Below are positions 30,993 through 35,400 of a stretch of 35,400 bases of DNA, piece by piece. The position numbers were made by a program, and so were the translations under genes. Each line of letters opens with the position of its first letter. Positions within the stretch are counted from its first letter, which is position 1. Under the pieces are notes generated by a model. The model saw nothing but the letters and a program-made list of their open reading frames with translations, had not been told where the DNA came from and ran no database searches. This DNA is from Trichomonas gallinae (Eukaryota). Where the stretch lies: positions 1 to 35,400 of the forward strand of contig MRSU01004242.1 of assembly GCA_008369845.1 (NCBI GenBank), written 5' to 3'.

Positions 30993-31637
30993 TTAATCAA
31001 AAACAGGAATAATGTCCTTGAGAGGAACAAGTTGGGCTTCTGGGATTAAATCAAATTCATGGGTAAAGTACATAAAGTGCTTAAATGTTGTATTCAAGTG
31101 TGGCTCACCACCAACAACTGTCATGTGATGACGGTGATGATGGAATATATGGGCGTAGATTCTAAAATATCGCTGGAAGATTTTTGAGACAATGGCCTTA
31201 AAATCACTTGGGAATGGAACGTCCGGATTTGATGGGAAAATCGCTTCGTTGTCGACTTGTCCCGCTACCCAATCAAATACGAATTCGATGTATTGTGGGG
31301 CAGGAACGATTGTGGATTTCCTGTATTTGTCGTTGTCTTGCCAAGCATACGTGAAACCTGGTCCTGCTTTCATTTCTGGGCAAGATTTTTCTGTGCATTC
31401 ATCTTTAATTAGTGAATAGAGGGAAACAAGTGTATCATAAAAATCGACAACGTGGGATGCAAGCCAGTCGTTGACATTTTCGCCCTTCGGAAGTCTGACA
31501 TTCTCTTTCATATTTCCAGCACCGAGTGTGGCTTGTGAAAGTTTCTGGAGTTTGTAGCTTCGGTGCTCAGGAGGGAGCTCCTTCAAAGGCCTGATTGTGC
31601 CTTTGTCGCCTTTGAAGAACTTTTTCATGAAACTCAT
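30993..31637 (-). CDS. MOB1: MOB1/phocein family kinase activator
   Basis: ATLGAGNMKENVRLPKGENVNDWLASHVVDFY, CTEKSCPEMKAGP, APQYI..WV, FPS..DVPFP, IFQRYFRIYAHIFHHH and EPHLNTTFKHFMYF. The start is ATG 31637 (MSFMKK), preceded by Inr-like TCACTT/TCACA. Confidence 0.95.
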   Translation of the reverse strand: MSFMKKFFKGDKGTIRPLKELPPEHRSYKLQKLSQATLGAGNMKENVRLPKGENVNDWLASHVVDFYDTLVSLYSLIKDECTEKSCPEMKAGPGFTYAWQDNDKYRKSTIVPAPQYIEFVFDWVAGQVDNEAIFPSNPDVPFPSDFKAIVSKIFQRYFRIYAHIFHHHRHHMTVVGGEPHLNTTFKHFMYFTHEFDLIPEAQLVPLKDIIPVFD

Positions 31638-32726
31638 TTGACTGAATGTGAAAAGTGACACCTATCACAAAAAAGTGATAACTTTACATTCCACCAAAAT
31701 CTTTGATTTTATTGGATTTTATGATTATAGTTATTATTTTATTTACAAATTTTTAGTTTAAACAACAAATTGTGACTTAATTATTGAAAAGAAAATTTTA
31801 TTAAGTCCAATAACTATATAAATATGAAAAATGGTTTTCATATTAGTAGTATATGATATTTCACATTATATATTTAGATTAACTTATATTTCAAAATTTG
31901 AAAATTCGATACAATCCCTAAACTTCAATAAGCAATAAATAATCAGCTCTCTGGTGTTATTAATCTCAACAATTTAGATGAATTGTTGAATAAATTTTAG
32001 ATTTTACAATTTCAATTGAACAATGATTTGATATTAATATTGTGTTTAAATATTTAATATTTTCACGATTGTATAATAATACTATCTATGGTTTTTATCT
32101 ATTACATATGTTGAATCATATGATTTTAAGAGAGAAATAGCCAAATTTCCAAAGAATAGATATAATGTAATCAATAGGGAATCATTTAATGTAAAATAAC
32201 GAGAATTTAAGAATTCTTTGAGATAAATATATGATATTCGGGTATTTATCTTTAACAAATTTTGATATATTTAGATTTAAAGCTATAACTACAATTTATT
32301 AATTAAAACTATGATGGAAATATTATTTCTTCAATTTTTTCATGTTAACTTACAGATATAGATTAAATGAAAAAGTTTTCAGTTCATAAAATTGTAATAT
32401 GTGGTATAACCAAAGTAGCTTTTTAAAAAATAATATTTTTCCATAGATTTCAAAATTCATTATATCAGAAGTGAGAAATTTGAACATTTCCAAATGAAAT
32501 ATTAATTTCTCTATTTAATGGAAACAATCATCTTAAAACAATGAAAATTTTCATCATTTTGGATCAAAATTTCATAATTTGAACGGAAATCGAGTCAAAA
32601 TCTACTTCTATACATAGTTGTAGCCTAAATATTTGTAGACTATATAATGATATTATGAATCATAGTATAAGCATGTTGGAAATAAAAATGCCATGTCATA
32701 AAAAATACGTTTTTCATCATTTGAAT

Positions 32727-32760
32727 TTTTGAAAGAATTGAAAAATTTTGAAAGAATTGA
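32727..32760 (+). repeat. Direct repeat TTTTGAAAGAATTGA x2
   Basis: The 15-mer occurs at 32727 and 32746 (19-bp period), about 20 nt upstream of ATG 32781. Confidence 0.6.
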
Positions 32761-32780
32761 ATCCAACGTTATTCGATAAA

Positions 32781-34334
32781 ATGTCGGATCCACCAATATA
32801 ACCCAATGCCCTCATTGAAGAATTTCTCACTGTTGAATCTGGAGACCCTTCACTATATACTATTAACGATAATGATGCGATTTTCAACTCTTGTCAATCG
32901 AGTTCATGTAATTATTTCGAAATATCATTGTTTCCTGGAAAATATCAATTGCAAGCATGGGGAGCGCAAGGAGAGAATTTTAGTTCCTCAGCTATTGGTG
33001 GAAAAGGTGGTTACGTAGTTGGAAATTACACCATTGAAAAAACTACTAAATTATTCATTTATCCAGGCAATTCGCTAGGATGGAATGGTGGTGGACAAGG
33101 AGGACAAGGAACACCTGGATATAGTGGCAAAAATGGAGGCGGTGCAAGTGATATACGACTGTCAAAAAATGTCAGTGATCGAATTCTAGTTGCCGCAGGT
33201 GGTGGTGGTGCATCTTTTCGTGTTTCAGGTTGTGCAGGAGACACTCCATGTCAATCACAACATACTGAATCTTATTATGGCCAACCTGGCTCTGTAGGAA
33301 CATTGATTTCAGGTGGAAACGGTGGGACAACAGGATACGGAACTTTTTATATGAAGAATGTTAGACAATACGATTCATATGGAGGTGGAGGTGGTGGAGG
33401 GGGCTATTTTGGAGGTGGAGGAGGCGGTGGTGGCAGTATAACAGGTACTACTAGATATAATGGATATGATGGTCAGCCAGGCCAGTTATTTCGAGGTGGA
33501 AATGGTGGGAATGGCCCATCAACATCATACTTGCCTGGATGGGATTCACATTCTGGTGGGCAAGGTGCAGGTGGATCTAACTTTATTCAAGAATCACTAA
33601 TCACGAATGGAATTAAGTATTCTGATATTAAATCTTTTCCATCTCCATTTGGATCTAATGAAACTGGCCATTCAGGAAATGGAGTTATAAAAATAACTAA
33701 ATTTGTTGTGAATGATATAATTTATGTAAATTATGATAACTATACATCCGGAGTGAAAAAATTTTATAATGTATTCAATCTGAACAAAGTTAATATTTCT
33801 TCTTTTTATAATAACTCTGAAGTTGTAGCAATAATGAATAATGCATTTGCATCTGATAAAGTTATAGAAGAAGTAATAATCCCTAAAACAATTAGATCAA
33901 TCCAAAGGTTGGCATTTTTTGCTTGTTCTAATCTTAAGACTGTTCATTTTGAATGTGGATCCAAATTAGGCATGATTCATTTTAAGGCGTTTTCCAACAC
34001 GGCTATAACAAATATAACTATACCATGGCCATTAACTTATATTGGTGATCAAGCTTTTGCATTTTGTCGAAATTTGGAATCAGTTATGGTTTGCTCATAT
34101 GTATTTCAAAATGCAACAGATGTTTTTTTCTCAACTCCAAAACTAGAAAGAGTTTATGCAAGCATATATTATGAAGGGGATTCATTTTGTGGTAAACCAA
34201 TATATCGAAAGAATAAATGCGTGAAGTTTGACCCTATTAAAAAAGCCTGCATTTCGATGGTTCATGAAATAGATGAAGCAAATTATGCTAATTATTGGAT
34301 TGTAACACTGACTCATTTATTTTACCCTAAATAA
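32781..34334 (+). CDS. Glycine-rich protein C fused to BspA-type (TpLRR) leucine-rich repeats; in-frame TAA at codon 7
   Basis: ATG TCG GAT CCA CCA ATA TAA CCC..., then open to 34334. Motifs PGKYQLQAWGAQG, GGKGGYVVG, GGGASDIR, RILVAAGGGG, GGGGYFGGG and GHSGNGVIKIT. LRRs IPKTIRSIQRLAFFACSNLKTV and IPWPLTYIGDQAFAFCRNLESV. Hydrophobic tail. The next in-frame ATG is 33351. Confidence 0.8.
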
Positions 34335-35210
34335 TCAATGTAAGTTCTTTATTAATACAATAGACTTTTCGGCAGACAATACATTACATTTTTCCTATAT
34401 TTTAAATCCTTTTCATCGCATCTGTTTTTATTCTTTAAAAAATATTTTTTTTGAGAACAAGCATGCGGAAACCCATTGAATATGGGTCATACATATTAGA
34501 AGAATTCAAAAACAAAAATGCAGAACATAGAACACAAGAAGTGTCCGAAGAAAAGTTTAATAAACAAAAATAATCAATCAGGTCATTCACTTTTTTGTCC
34601 CCTTCCCACAGTAAACTTCACATTTAGAAATTAATCATATCTCAATGAATGAACGCGCTTTGTCTTAGAAACTCATATTACAACACCTTCAGAGGATTAC
34701 GCTTCTGCTTTTGTCAGGCCAAAATGTCCGAAGGCGCAGTGGCGCCATCATCGTCGGAGGCCGCGATTTTGGGGCGAAATTATATGTCTCAATCTAGGTG
34801 AAAGCAGGTCACTTTTCAGATTCTACAGAGGTTACTAAGCATGTAATGCAAGTTACAATAGCTTGCAACAACCATAAGATCACTTTAAAAAACTGTAAGA
34901 TAGTGGGGATCACAAAAAATAATTTTTCAATTGATGCATGGAGAAGTTTTCCCATTTTTCCTCATAAAATTAAATTGTGGGGAAAAGTGTGGAATTTTTC
35001 CCCGATCCAATGAATCATTAAAAAAAAAAATATAAATGCATTCAAGCAATTGAATATTAAGTTCAACAAATGTACATATAAATGTATGTCGCTCAAAAAG
35101 TGGCGTATAATTTTTATATATTTAAAATTATTTATTGAACTTAATTTCTTTATCAAAATTGAAAAGTATTGAAATTTTGAATTAAATCGGATCAAGTTTA
35201 ATCTATAAAA

Positions 35211-35400
35211 ATGTCAGATACACCGTTGTAACGTCATGCAATCTCTGAAAAGTTTGTTAAAGTCAATTCAGGAGATCCTTCACTATATAGTATTTCGAAT
35301 ATTTTTGCAATGTTTCGTTCTTGTGAATCAACATCTTGTAATCATTTTGAAATGTCACTCCTTCCAGGAAGATATCAGTTGCAACCATGGGGGGGGGGGG
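35211..35400 (+). CDS. 5' part of glycine-rich protein D (paralog of C), truncated by the window end; in-frame TAA at codon 7
   Basis: MSDTPL*RHAISEKFVKVNSGDPSLYSISNIFAMFRSCESTSCNHFEMSLLPGRYQLQPWG aligns without gaps to C (MSDPPI*PNALIEEFLTVESGDPSLYTINDNDAIFNSCQSSSCNYFEISLFPGKYQLQAWG). It is absent from the ORF track. Confidence 0.75.

Noticed and set aside
32781..32930. A cis-spliced intron removing the early stops
   Set aside because: No trichomonad-type 5' GTATGT or branch/3' ACTAAC..AG motif is seen near the 5' ends of A-E, and C/D are collinear with coding-type substitutions.
35389..35400. Terminal run of 12 G
   Set aside because: It lies at the window end where paralog C reads TGG GGA GCG CAA GGA. 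It is most likely a contig-end or sequencing artefact, not a G-quadruplex or phase-variable tract.
1..35400. Genome-wide stop codon reassignment (TAA/TAG = Gln) as an explanation for the early stops
   Set aside because: RPSA, NTF2, MOB1 and the kinase end at TAA at their expected C-termini, and long conserved ORFs contain no internal TAA/TAG.

Overview
AT-rich, intron-free, gene-dense eukaryotic DNA. It is most consistent with a trichomonad (Trichomonas vaginalis-like), inferred from Inr/M2/M3/M5-type core promoter motifs, BspA-type LRRs, a transmembrane PAS-cyclase and ankyrin relics. Recognisable genes are 40S ribosomal protein SA (uS2), NTF2, an importin-5-like and a divergent importin-7/11-like karyopherin, a Fused/STK36 kinase, a MOB1-family protein, a GT31/Fringe-like glycosyltransferase, a multi-TM PAS plus degenerate class III cyclase, two coiled-coil proteins and a Thr/Pro-rich mucin-like protein. 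Four glycine-rich (ALK/LTK Gly_rich-type) paralogs are also present, one fused to BspA LRRs and one cut off by the window end. The most striking observation is that none of the four glycine-rich genes has a usable AUG at its N-terminus, although their frames are otherwise intact. Two paralogs (35/59 identical residues) read ATG-(5 codons)-TAA-C with synonymous substitutions on both sides of the shared TAA. One reads ATG-TAG, and one has ACG-TCG-GAT where a paralog has ATG-TCG-GAT. A fifth, unrelated gene with a similar hydrophobic C-terminal tail also lacks an N-terminal AUG. This suggests a family-specific non-canonical expression route (readthrough, non-AUG initiation, frameshift or silent cassettes) rather than random decay, but this is inference from a small sample.
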